From Vicugna vicugna (Eukaryota): 64,000 bases of DNA. Below the pieces are notes generated by a model. That model saw only the letters and a list, made by a program, of their open reading frames with translations, was not told where the DNA came from and made no database searches. The stretch lies in assembly GCA_013265495.1 (NCBI GenBank), contig MU061050.1, forward strand, positions 2,312,307 to 2,376,306. The letters are read 5' to 3'. Made by a program: the position numbers and the translations under genes. The first letter of the stretch is position 1, and every line of letters begins with the position of its first letter. Positions 23,409 through 34,054 of the stretch are shown one piece after another.

Positions 23409-24147
23409 TTTCTTTTGGCGGGGGGAAGTAATTAGGTTTATTTATTTTTATTTTTTATTTTTTTATTTTTTTAAATGTAAAACTTTATTTTAGATGAGAA
23501 AATACCTTTTTACCTTTTGCTTTCCAGTAGCAACTCAATAAACAGATCCCAACTATGTTTAGCTCAAGAAATCTACAACCACATGAATTTCATTGCTAAC
23601 ATTTGAAGAAAACAAAGAAACCATGAAATTTTACAATGAATTATTTACAAAATTATACTTTGTGAGACTCTATGCATCTAGAAAGACTAGATGTTATTTT
23701 AAAAACTTGTCTCTGCCTATTTACAAAGCTGTCTTGAATATTGTCATGCAACAAAGGGAACACATACAGAACTGTGTCTAGTTCCAAGAGGTAGTGTAAA
23801 TCTCTTTAACAAAATCATTTATTAACTTGAATGTTTAAACAAAAAGAAAGAAATATAAGGGGAGGGATGAATAACCAACAGTTAACCATAGTGTCAGCTA
23901 TGGACACTGGGAGACTTATGACGTGACATGTCAACATAGGTCATCAGTCATAGCAAATATGCACTCTGATGAGGGATGCTGATAACAGGGGTGGATCATG
24001 TATGTGTGGGGCCAGGGGGTATATGGGAAATCTCTGTACCTTCCCCTCAGGTTTATTTATTTTTAGAGAAGGTACCGAGGATTGAACCCAGGACCTTTAG
24101 CTTTCATGTTAAGCATGCACTCTACCACTTGAGCTATACCCTCCCCC
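23409..24147 (-). mobile_element. tRNA-derived camelid-type SINE split by a 599-bp insertion
   Basis: Head at 24065-24147 and tail at 23409-23449. Flanking TSD atttggaatttt at 23397-23408 and 24152-24163. Confidence 0.9.
23450..24048 (-). pseudogene. Polyadenylated non-coding retroposed fragment (3'-UTR-only retrocopy or orphan L1 3' transduction)
   Basis: Minus strand ends AATAAA (23484-23489), 11 nt, then an A-tail (23450-23472). Perfect 16-bp TSD aggtttatttattttt at 23434-23449 and 24049-24064. Confidence 0.8.
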
Positions 24148-25008
24148 TCATATTTGGAATTTTCAATTTTGATCTTTTCCTGGGCTATCGAGATACAGTA
24201 CAATACTCTCCGGGGTGCTGGGCAGTGGCAGTGAGCCCAAGCTCCTAGTCAGCCACAGGCATAAACAACCAGTACACTTACAAACATTCTCTACCCAAAC
24301 AATCATCCTGTTTTTCACTTTTGGTACAACATTCAATCAATTACATGAGATATTTAACACTTTATTATGAGATAGACTTTGTGTTAGATGATTTTGCCCA
24401 GGTATAGGCCAATGTAAATATTCTGAACACGTTTAAGGTAGGCTAACCTAAGCTATGATGTTCAGTAGGTTAAGTGCATAAAATGCATTTTTAATTTATG
24501 ATATTTTCAAATTACAATGGGATTACGGGGACGAAACTCCATCATAAATCAAGCAGAATCTGTATAGCCAAGTCTGAGAACTACTGATTAAATAGATGAA
24601 TTGTACACCGCTCATGAAACCCTCTCTGAATATTACTTCTTGCCTCAGTTTTTCATAAGTTCAAGGTTGTGGTAGTTAAACACATATTTGCATAGTTCGT
24701 ATTTTCTGAAGGCCTGCTTTGTGCCAGGCAGGTGCTGTACTACGCCCTTGAGATAAAAGGATTAATGTGTGACCCAACCTCCATCCCCAAGTTGTTGCAA
24801 GTTGACTCACATTATGGACACCCCAGCTAGTGACCACAAGAAAGAGTGGTAAGTGAGGAGATGGAGGGAACACAAGGCAGGCACCTGAGGTAGCTCTGAG
24901 TGGGTGGGGAGCCCCCAGGAGAATGAATAGCTCATCTGAGCCCCGAAGGAAAGGTTAATCAGGAGGCAGGAGGGTGTTCAATGTTTTTCTCAATGATCTG
25001 GATGAGTA

Positions 25009-25226
25009 CAGTCACCCCTTGGTATCGTGGGGGACTGGTTTCAAGACCCACCATGGATACCGAAATCTGTGGATGTTCGAGTCCCACAGAAAGCCCTCTG
25101 TATCCCAGGTTCCGCATCTGAGGATTCTACCAACCATGGATCATGTACAACTGTATTTACTGAAAAAAAACCCTGCGTATAAGTGGACTCACGCATTTCA
25201 AACCCATGTTGTCCAAGGGTCAATTG
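25009..25226. mobile_element. MER8/Tigger2-like DNA transposon
   Basis: TA flanks at 25007-25008 and 25227-25228, termini cagtcaccccttggtatc...aagggtcaattg, internal gcgtataagtggactcacgcatttcaaacccatgttg. Confidence 0.85.
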
Positions 25227-25571
25227 TATTAGTAAACATATATTACGAATATGACATGCCATCCTTCCTTCGGACGACTGGAGGAGTAGCCCTTCTGCTG
25301 CGTGGCTGAACTGGGACCTGGCAGGGAAGAGGGACCCAAACCAAAACTAAACGAGACTCGAGAACAGGGGAAGGCAAACAAACATGAGCAGCACCACAGG
25401 GTGCCCAAACAGAGGCCTGGCACATGCTTCATTTCACCTCACCACTGCTCTGGAAGAACTTGACATTTTACAGTTGAAATTCTCTTTCTTATAATGTCAA
25501 GCCCTGAGCCGACACAGCCAAATGTGAGGCCAGACCCTAGTCCAGGTCTGTTCCGCTCCCAGGTCCAGATT

Positions 25572-25955
25572 CTTTTTTTTTTTTTTTTTCAGTTGAAGCA
25601 TAGTCAGTTACAATGTGTCAATTTCTGGTGCACAGCACAGTGTCCCAGTCATGCATGTACATGCATATATTCGTTTTCATATTCTTTTTCATTAAAGGTT
25701 ATTACAAGATATTGAATATAGTTCTCTGTGCTGTACAGAAGAAATTTGTTTTTTTATCTATTTTTACAGAGAGAGTTTAACATTTGCAAACCTCAAACTC
25801 CCAGATTTATCCCTTCCTACCCACTTTCCCCTGGTAACCATGAAATTGTTTACTATGTCTGCAAGTCTGTTTCTGTTTTGTAGATGAGCTCGTTAGTGTC
25901 CTCTTTTTAATTAATTTATTTATTTTAGGTTCCACATATGAGTGATATCATGTGG
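25572..25955 (-). mobile_element. Lineage-specific L1 3' end
   Basis: Poly(T) then ttgaagcatagtcagttacaatgtgtcaatttctggtg..., the reverse of the L1 3' UTR seen at 18430-18760. Confidence 0.9.
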
Positions 25956-26129
25956 ACTCTTCCCATTATTCTATATATAGCAAGGTTTATACTTGGATTC
26001 AATACATCAGCTTCTCATAGACGAGACAGGAAGACTTGATTCAATAGTGGTCCCTGTGGAGGAAGATGGTAACAGCTATAAGCTCGAGCACAGGTCTTAG
26101 GTGTGTAAGTAGGAGATGAATGTGAGAGG

Positions 26130-26330
26130 CAGATGGTGTCATGGGAAGGATCCAGACTTTGAAGTCAGGAGACCTGAGCTCAACATTCAGCTTCGATAGT
26201 TATTAGCTGTGTGACTTTGGGCAAGTTACTGTGCATCCCTGAGCCTCAGTACTCTTATCCACAAAATCAAGATAATAATGCCTATCATTGGCATTCATAT
26301 CAGGATCATTGTGAAGATTAAAGATACAGA
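26130..26330 (+). mobile_element. MIR SINE fragment
   Basis: agctgtgtgactttgggcaagttact...gcctcagtactcttatccacaaaatc...attgtgaagattaaag. Confidence 0.75.
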
Positions 26331-26339
26331 CAAGAAGCA

Positions 26340-27105
26340 GGTATTTATAATTCATGTAACTGGGAAAGGACTCATATCCAGAATATACAGAGAACTCCAA
26401 AATACATTTTTAAAAGACAGACAATCCAATTTTTAAAGTAGGCAGAAGACTCAAAGGGGCATTTCACAAAAGAGGATATGCAAGTGGCCAACAAGCATAT
26501 AAGATGCTGAATAGTATTTATGAGGGAAATGCAAATTAAACCACTGAGATACTCATGTACTCCCAACATGATGACTAAAATTGACAAGGCTGGCAATGCC
26601 AAGTGTTGACAAGGATGTGGAGCAACTGGAGCTCAAGTAGGTGTGTACAATAGTACAATCACTTTGGGGGACTGGCAGCATCTACTAAAGCTAAATCAGT
26701 CCCATGGTCTATCAGTTTCACTTCCAAGTGTAATCTCAGTAGAAAGAGAGCTTATGTCCACCAAAAGACAACTACCTGAATGTTCACAGGAGCTTTATTG
26801 ATAATGGCTCCAAACTGGACACAACCAGAATGTTTTTCAATAGTAGATGGGATAAATAAATTGGGATGTATGCATATAAAGGACTCTTACCCAGCAACGA
26901 AGAATAATGAACTACTGCTCTCATAGACATGACACTGAGCAAGAACCCTACTGTTTCTGGGATGGGTGCTAGAAGTTTTCTACATCTTGATCTCGGTGGT
27001 GCCACCTGGGTATGTAAAAACACATAAAAATTCAATGTGTTCACTTGAGACTTGTGCACTTTAATGGATGTAAGTTTAACCTCAATAAGAAAGTAAACAA
27101 AAAGT
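26340..27105 (+). mobile_element. Ancient L1 (L1MD/L1ME-like) ORF2 end and 3' UTR
   Basis: gactcatatccagaatatacagagaactcc, catttcacaaaagaggatatgcaagtggccaacaagcatat, ccaagtgttgacaaggatgtggagcaactggagctc. Confidence 0.75.
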
Positions 27106-27465
27106 TACTGTATACCATTTGCTTGGCACAGAGTAAGCACTCAATGAGTAGCTGTCAAAGTTTCTAGAGAAGACGAGGCCAGCAAACCTCACTGCACTGT
27201 GTGCTGCTTAGACACTCGGGAGCCCTGGGCATAGTGCTGGGAGCCCCCCCCCCCCTTTTAAGAGGGCCACTGACAATCAGAGCATGATGTGATGGGGAGA
27301 TAAGGATGGCAAGGGGTCTGGAACACACGGTAAATGAGGAATGACTGAAGGAAGCAGAGAGAACGCTGGGAACAACAAAACTTAGGAAGAACAAGAGGAA
27401 TGTCTTCAAACAGTGAAAGGCTCTCTGTAGAATGGGAGTCAGACTTTTCCTTTGGGGCTCTGGAG

Positions 27466-27638
27466 TAGTGATTCTCAAACAGCAGCTGCATCTGAGCCCC
27501 TTGAAGTGCTTGTTAAAACAGATTACTGAGACGCACCCCCAGACTTTCTGATTCAGCAGGTCTGGGACAAGACCAAGAATCTGCATTTCTTAAAGTTCCC
27601 AGGCCATGCTGCTGCTGCTGGTGCAGGGACACATTTTG
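27466..27638. mobile_element. MER5A element, interrupted near its end by the ERV
   Basis: tagtgattctcaaac...tgttaaaacagatt...ttctgattcagcaggtctggg...aatctgcatttct...gctgctggtgcagggacacattttg. The terminal ctactg reappears after the provirus (34548-34553). Confidence 0.8.
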
Positions 27639-27642
27639 CTGG

Positions 27643-28124
27643 TGTAACTGAACAAAAGGGCTTGTGTGTCTGTTGGGCAGAAAGCCAAACTCTGACAGCA
27701 GGTGTTTGCAGCAAAGAAAGTGTTTATTGCAGGGCCCCTGGCCAGGAAGTGGGAGACAAACCTCCCATCCACTCCCACTTAATCTTTGAGTTATGGGTTG
27801 TTAAAGGGGAAGAAAAAGAAGCTGGGGTTAATCATCATCTTGTGACATTTCTTAATCATAATTTGGGGAGTCAGGACGCCTAAGGTTTACCAGTCTCTGG
27901 TCTGGTGGTCCATGACCCAGGGGTCTGTTGCGCTGGAGAAACAACCTGACTCTGTACATTAATGATGTTATCAGCAACAGCAATTTTAGTCCTGACTCTG
28001 GGTGATCAGTGTTCAGTTAGCATAGGATTGAGGTCAGAAGGGACAGGACAGGGAATAAAGTTTTGAAAAGAGAGGTTAATCATAAACTCAGCAGGGGAAC
28101 TTGGTTTTAGGGGACTCGGTTTCA
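27643..28124 (-). mobile_element. ERV 3' LTR
   Basis: Minus strand TGAAACCG...GTTACA, AATAAA at 27723-27728, preceded by the PPT. Confidence 0.92.
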
Positions 28125-28143
28125 ATCCCCACTCCTGTTTTAA
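28125..28143 (-). other. ERV polypurine tract
   Basis: Minus strand TTAAAACAGGAGTGGGGAT immediately before the TG start of the 3' LTR. Confidence 0.8.
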
Positions 28144-29168
28144 CTTTCCCTGAATCTTTGAGCGAACCCAGGCAATGACTGCTCTGGTTACTTCCTGCTG
28201 AAAGGGGGCGTAGTCCTGCCTCAGCGTGGGACATGGAAACACTGTACATCGAGGTGGAAATACTCCTGAATTCCAGGTTTTGGATCCAAGTGTAGCATGA
28301 TTAAATTCTTAGTCCCTTGGTCCACCTGCTTTGGTGCGAGAGTTTATAGCACATTTTATACCCAAGTGCTCAATTAGACCTAGGAGGAAGAGTGATAACT
28401 CAAACTTTAACAGACATTGGGAAATAGATCTCACTCCCCGAAACATTCAGAAAAATAAGCCTGAAAGCCAGCCTGGACCTGGCACTTCTCGGGGGACTTC
28501 TTGTAGCCAGCTGCCTAATTTTATCTAAGTAGGTTTTAGCTTCAGATGTGGTATTAATACACAAATAATAGGAGCTATTGGCCACTACACACAGGAATTT
28601 TTCTGCTAAAATCTAACCAAAAGCAATTTCATTGTCTAGTGCTATTCTGGCTAAAGAACCTAGTGCCTTCTGCTGGGAGGCTGTGACTTGAGCTGTCTCA
28701 TTTGTCACTATTCCCAAAGTAAGAGAGAAATTTAATAGTTATAAGAAGAGACCTTGAGACCACAAGGTTGTGGTTGGCAGCTGCTAGCAGATACTCTTTT
28801 TTGAGAATGGCTGGTGATGTCCTTGAGTCTGATATAGTTCAGAAAGTTTAAATTCTCAGTAATACAGGAATGTGTCTGAAACCATGTCCACAATGGCCAC
28901 CCAGCCTTATTTTGGATGCCTGAACCAGCGTCACTCTATTTTTTATTTCAAAATGCATTCTTTTTTTTTTAATGGTTAAAGCAGATGTATAATGCATGTT
29001 TATAGTCCACAAAACAGGCAGGTCTAGTTAGCATAACGTTTAAGTTAAATCACGTATAAGCCAGAATGACTTCTCCATTCCTCAATATGTGAAATTTTCT
29101 TCTATCATTTCCCCTTTTGTTTGCAAATCTTTCAATAGAAAGCACTGACTATCAAAAATACTTGTCCC

Positions 29169-29449
29169 CATAGAAAACAAACATGGTTACCTGGGGTGGG
29201 AAGGGATAAATTAGGAGTTCAAGATTTTCAGATACGAACTACTATATATAAAATAAACAACAAGTTTACACTGTAGAGCATAGGGAACTATATTCAATAT
29301 CTTGCAGTAACCTATAATGGAAAATAACATGAAAAGGAATGTATGTATATATATGTATGACTGAAACATTATGTTGTACACCAGAAATTGACACAACATT
29401 GTAAACTGACTATACTTCAATTAAAAAAAAAAAAGGAAGAAAAAAAGAA
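29169..29449 (+). mobile_element. Lineage-specific L1 3' end inserted in the ERV
   Basis: catagaaaacaaacatggttacc...caccagaaattgacacaacattgtaaactgactatacttcaa plus poly(A). TSD acttgtccc at 29160-29168 and 29450-29458. Confidence 0.9.
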
Positions 29450-29967
29450 ACTTGTCCCTCAATGCCAGGCTGGTTGCTGCTTGCGCTAGGTCCATGATGT
29501 CACTCGGTGCTGGGCCTCCTGTTTGTTTACATATATTTACCTAGTGATCTACTTTGAGACAAAACTAATCCGACACAGGGAACAAACTCAGAAGTATGCT
29601 AGTAGGAAAACATACATTTTATCAACTATACTGAATTGTCACACAAACATTGTACATGTGCTTTCAGCAGTAGACTTAAAGCAAGCAGTGATGTATGTCA
29701 TGAGTAGTCATCCTCTGTGACAACTTCACTAAAGCATTTTCTTCTTATCCTGAACATTGGGGGCAACAGTATCATTAGAAGTAAAAGAATAACTTTCAAT
29801 TTTGGTAGAAATATAACATTTGGGTAACAGTTGAATTGAACTAGTAGGATGGGTCTTACAGGCCTGATCTGGATTCTTGGGCCAGCTGTCCACCACTGCT
29901 GTTGTCATCTTCTTGTGCTGATGTCATTTGGGGTCATCAGTCCGTTCTATAGACCTGTCCAGGGCAG

Positions 29968-30119
29968 AGGCCCTTCGTAAATGGAAAATATCAAGGGAAG
30001 AGTCAATTCCCTTTGGTTTTATTGAGTTGGAGTTACTTAAGACTACCTATTAAGGAATCTTTTTTCTTGGTTGGAGATAGCCATTTCCCATATGCATAAT
30101 CTCCTGGTTGCAGGTCATG
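29968..30119 (-). pseudogene. Decayed integrase C-terminal remnant of the ERV
   Basis: Minus-strand peptides HDLQPGDYAYGKW (from 30119) and KPKGIDSSLDIFHLRRA resemble the class I ERV integrase C-terminal motifs HDLQPGDxVYWK and KLxGIDSWIHxSHLKxA. Confidence 0.7.
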
Positions 30120-32469
30120 GGGCAGCTGATCGTCATCCAAAAATAGATTTCTGTGATAAGATTCAGAAACAAGCTTACAGTGCCCTTTTAATAATTCAGT
30201 AAAACTTTACAAAAATGTCACATACCAGTAAGGAGCTATCTGGGAAGTGAATCTGAGGCAGTAAACACAGACCTCAATTAACAAAACTAGAACTTAATAT
30301 ACACTGAAACATAATCTTTTTCTTTAAAAGTATCCTCATTTCTACCAAACATAGTCAAATTAAGACTAAGTTGTTTGCAACATAAGTCTGGTTTCAAACT
30401 GGACCTGATTATTTGCATACATGTAATTGATCACATAGGCTCTTTTAAATTACCTGTGCTAGAATTTTTCATAAGGAATCTCAGATTAACTTTTAAAAAG
30501 CCTCTCAAGGCCAGGAAATCCATGCCAAGGGCTTGCCATCAGATTCTACCTGCGATATCTAGAGGTTTGGGTGAATTCTGCCCTTCTCAGGTTCCCTAAA
30601 ATATCTTGAGATTCCTGTACCAGTCAGGAAGTGGTCTTCCTCATTCACCCGATAAAGCTGTTGGGAATCTAAGAGTTTCCAGTTTCTAGAGCAATCAGGC
30701 AGAGAGAAAAGATTAAATGATTCAATTCTGCTTATAAAGTTGTAACTTACCAAATTGCTGCAAGTCATAATTAGCTTAGGGTAAAGGTTTCCTTATCTCT
30801 GGAAAACATAGATTAAAAGCCAGCAACATTTCTGACCAAAAACATAAAAAATTATAACCATATTCATCAGATCACTCAGCCCTATGTAACTAATCCTTTT
30901 TGGTAATAGTTTTATGAAGACATCAGATTTTCTATTAGAATTCTTTAATGTCTTACCCAGTTCAGTGGTATGATCTGAAAGTTATCAGCAATCTGTACTT
31001 ACTTGTCAAAAAGTCCTTTCGATGAATCTTCTTGAAGATGAAGCACTTCTGCAAAAGCATTAAAGTAAAACAGTAACTGTCCATGAATGACAAAAGACTT
31101 AAAAAGTCACGTTTAAAAATCTGATTAAATTGTAATTAACAAAGAAATTTGACTATTTTTGTGACAATATTAAAATAATACAATATTATACCAGATATAT
31201 TCAAATCTTAGAAATTTCATATAATTTCTAGAACATTTATATTAATGACATTTTACCTATACAATATAACCTAAGAAGGTTTATCACCACTCATTTGACA
31301 ATGTTTAGTTTATAACTTAACATACTAAATAATCCCAAATTAGTTTAACATCTCTCTCTCTCTGAGATGTCTCAGGGGTCTTCTGAATCATCCCAAAGTT
31401 AGCTGAAAGTCAAAGGAAACTTCAATTAGAATTTGATATTTGGGAAGTCTGTCAAAAATATTTAAAAAGTTTAAAACACTTGGTCAAGTAGAATCATGGA
31501 TCACTGTGAAACAATACTTACTCAACGTGATAGAAAAGATTTCAAAGGCAAATACAGAAAGCTACAACAGATCACCTAAAAGGTAAAGAAACTTACAGTC
31601 TGTTATCAAAAATAGCTCAGTATTCTAAGAAAACTTTGTCCTCTTAACATAGGGGAAACAAATTCTGTTTGTACACCACCTTATCTTTAATATTAAAATT
31701 CATTTAATCAATTAAATGTATTCTAATCTTAGTCGGTCCTGACCACATATAGAATTCCCTTCTATAGACTCTTTTTTTCTCATAAACCTTCTACAACTTT
31801 CTCCATTCATATTAATTTGTCTCTTATTTTCTTTCTCATTTAGAAATAATCAGCTTTAGAACAAAATTACTTTATTTTCCCTAACAAAATGCATTTCCAT
31901 TACTTTTACTTTCTTTTTCCTTGCATACAAAGATGTTTCCCTTATTAATTTTTAGTCATTTTAATTACATATATTGATTAGAATTCTTAACCTTTAAAAA
32001 CCTTTGTTTCTAGTGAAAATTAAAAAGTAAGCAATAATGAACTGTCTTTACATTACCATTCTGTAGACTGGCAAACTTATAAATACTGTTTATGGTTTCA
32101 AAAAAATACATGCTTTCTTACAGAAAATGTCTCAGTGTGGCCCAAAAAGTATTAATTAATGGTCCTAAATATTTTTAGTTTTCCTGTAAAAGGAAGCCTA
32201 CATCCAGTAATTATTGTTCTAGTATCTTATTTTATTTGGGAATGACCTAGATGTTTAATAAACTTCCTTCATGTAACTTAATTTAACAAAACTCTAAAGT
32301 TTCAAGTTACCAAAAATCTGGAGAGATTATTTTTAAGTAGATATTCCTAAAACAGAATTATTCCTAAAAAGTTTACCTGAAAGCTCTCATTTCATTGACA
32401 TTTAATTTACTTATAAAAAGTTCATCCTATCAAGTTATTTTTCTTGCTGACAAATTTTTGTAACAGAAA

Positions 32470-32740
32470 TAATAAAACTCCTCACAGATACAGAGAACAA
32501 ACTACTGATTACCACTGGGGAGAGGGAAGGGGGGAGGAGCAAGATAGGGTTAAGGAGTTAAGAAGTACAAAGTACTATGTATAAAATACATAAGCTACAA
32601 GGACATGTTGTACAATACAGGGAATATAGCCAATATTTTATAATAACTATAAGTGGAGTATAACCCTTAAAAACTGTTAATCACTATGTGGTAAACCTGA
32701 AACTTACATTATATTGTAAATTAGACCTCAATAAAAAAAA
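32470..32740 (+). mobile_element. Cetartiodactyl-type L1 3' end inserted in the ERV
   Basis: ctcacagatacagagaacaaactactgattacc...tacaatacagggaatatagccaatattttataataactata plus poly(A). TSD aacagaaa at 32462-32469 and 32741-32748. Confidence 0.85.
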
Positions 32741-33444
32741 AACAGAAAGAAGGTTAGATCTTATTTGACTTTCAGTAAACCTAGGTACAATAAAAGTATT
32801 ATACTTAATGTTGATGACTCTAAAGACATGTCTATATGAATTAAACCAACAAGCTTAAACTAACTTCAATACCAGATATTAATGTAATAGTGAATATTTT
32901 GCAGATCACATGAACCTGAAATTTGGGTTAGTTTCTTTTATATTTCTGAGAATTTATATAAGTGCTTAATTTTCTTTAAGCCAATGAAATAGAGCTCATT
33001 TACAAATTAATTCTGATAATATCATCCGAAGGTAAAGACACATATTTGTAATGTACACACACACACAACCAGAGAACTCAAAGCTTTATTTTAAAACTTG
33101 CTGTGTATCAGGTATTACAATGTAAAACTCACTAGTTTACAAATAAGAGTTGGAATAGATTAAGTTTAAAAAGGCCTCCTTTCCCTTTATTCCTTCAGTC
33201 TCAGGAATTGGACATGGTCTAGACAAGAGTGACATAAAAGCTCCCGAGAGCCCTGGTGGAACGTTTACATCTCAAAGGCACAAGGAGAGGAAAGCAGGTT
33301 CCTCTCAGAAGGACTTGTTTCCTGAGGGTAAGAATTCTGAAAAGGTGTTTTATTAAGTTGGCAGCCCAGTTTGGGGATATCAAATGAGTTCCATCGTAGG
33401 CATTTTTCCCCAGAGTGTAAAGAACATTGTGGCCACGTGGAATT

Positions 33445-33478
<34 letters not shown>

Positions 33479-33490
33479 GTATATATAATA
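33445..33490. repeat. (CA)n/(TA)n microsatellite (a second (CA)n lies at about 33646-33665)
   Basis: Read directly. Confidence 0.9.
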
Positions 33491-34033
33491 TAAATAAATA
33501 ATTTTTGCTTTAGTCATGGAACCATAGCTAAATGTGGTCTAATTTTGCAGGACGTATCCTAAAAGGCTGTTTTTAGAAACTGAACTTTTGTTTCCCATGT
33601 CTGCCAATTAACATACTGCACCTTTTTTAACACAAGCATACGCTCACACACACACACACACACACAGAGACAAAAGTCAAACCAATTCCAAAAGCAACCT
33701 TAGGCTCTTACTTTTATCAAACCCAAACCCTCCCCCAATACTTGGCAATGGAATGGGTGTCTAGGAGGACATCAATATACAAACATAAAAATGTTTTTGG
33801 CTCACACCGTCATACTGGTTGCTTACCAATAGATGTCTTCCAATCCAAAAACCATCCCTTTACTGCAAGCCTGGAATATTGCCTAGGGCTGCTAATATTT
33901 GGTCAAAAAGGGAATTCTTCAGATTGATCCCCAGGCCAAAAGAGCCAGGGCAGCTGCTGGATCTGCTCAGGGAAGTTCCTCACTGATAAAGAGCCAGCAG
34001 GCCACTGGCACAAACTTCAGGGGAACTTGAGAA

Positions 34034-34051
34034 GTCCCTTCATGGTCGCCA
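34034..34051 (-). other. ERV primer-binding site, tRNA-Arg type
   Basis: Minus strand TGGCGACCATGAAGGGAC, 17/18 complementary to the recalled 3' end of tRNA-Arg(TCG) (...GTCCCTTCGTGGTCGCCA), 3 nt from the 5' LTR. Confidence 0.85.
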
Positions 34052-34054
34052 AAT

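Larger units (their letters stand above)
23310..24562. mobile_element. Tigger-family DNA transposon (Tigger5/MER47B-like)
   Basis: TA duplications at 23308-23309 and 24563-24564, termini catatgatcccc...gcagaatctg, and internal motifs gactttacactggtgtgagagcgatatgcattcag and ttagatgattttgccca. Confidence 0.85.
23189..24586. mobile_element. MER5-type hAT element (outermost shell of the nested insertion)
   Basis: Starts cagtggtttccagccttggctgtgcattag, is split at gatgattctaacaTA, and resumes after the Tigger as TAtagccaagtctgagaactactg. Confidence 0.75.

Noticed and set aside
24974-25309. 111-aa ORF starting FNVFLNDLDE
   Set aside because: A chimaera of a CR1 RT remnant and an inserted MER8 transposon, not a gene.
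28006-28242. Minus-strand ORF at the ERV env end, considered as a co-opted env (syncytin-like)
   Set aside because: Only 78 codons, runs into the LTR, and has no signal peptide, furin site, ISD or transmembrane segment.
30411-30418. Perfect octamer ATTTGCAT in the ERV interior
   Set aside because: A single 8-mer in AT-rich repeat sequence, probably part of the family consensus. There is no evidence of local function.
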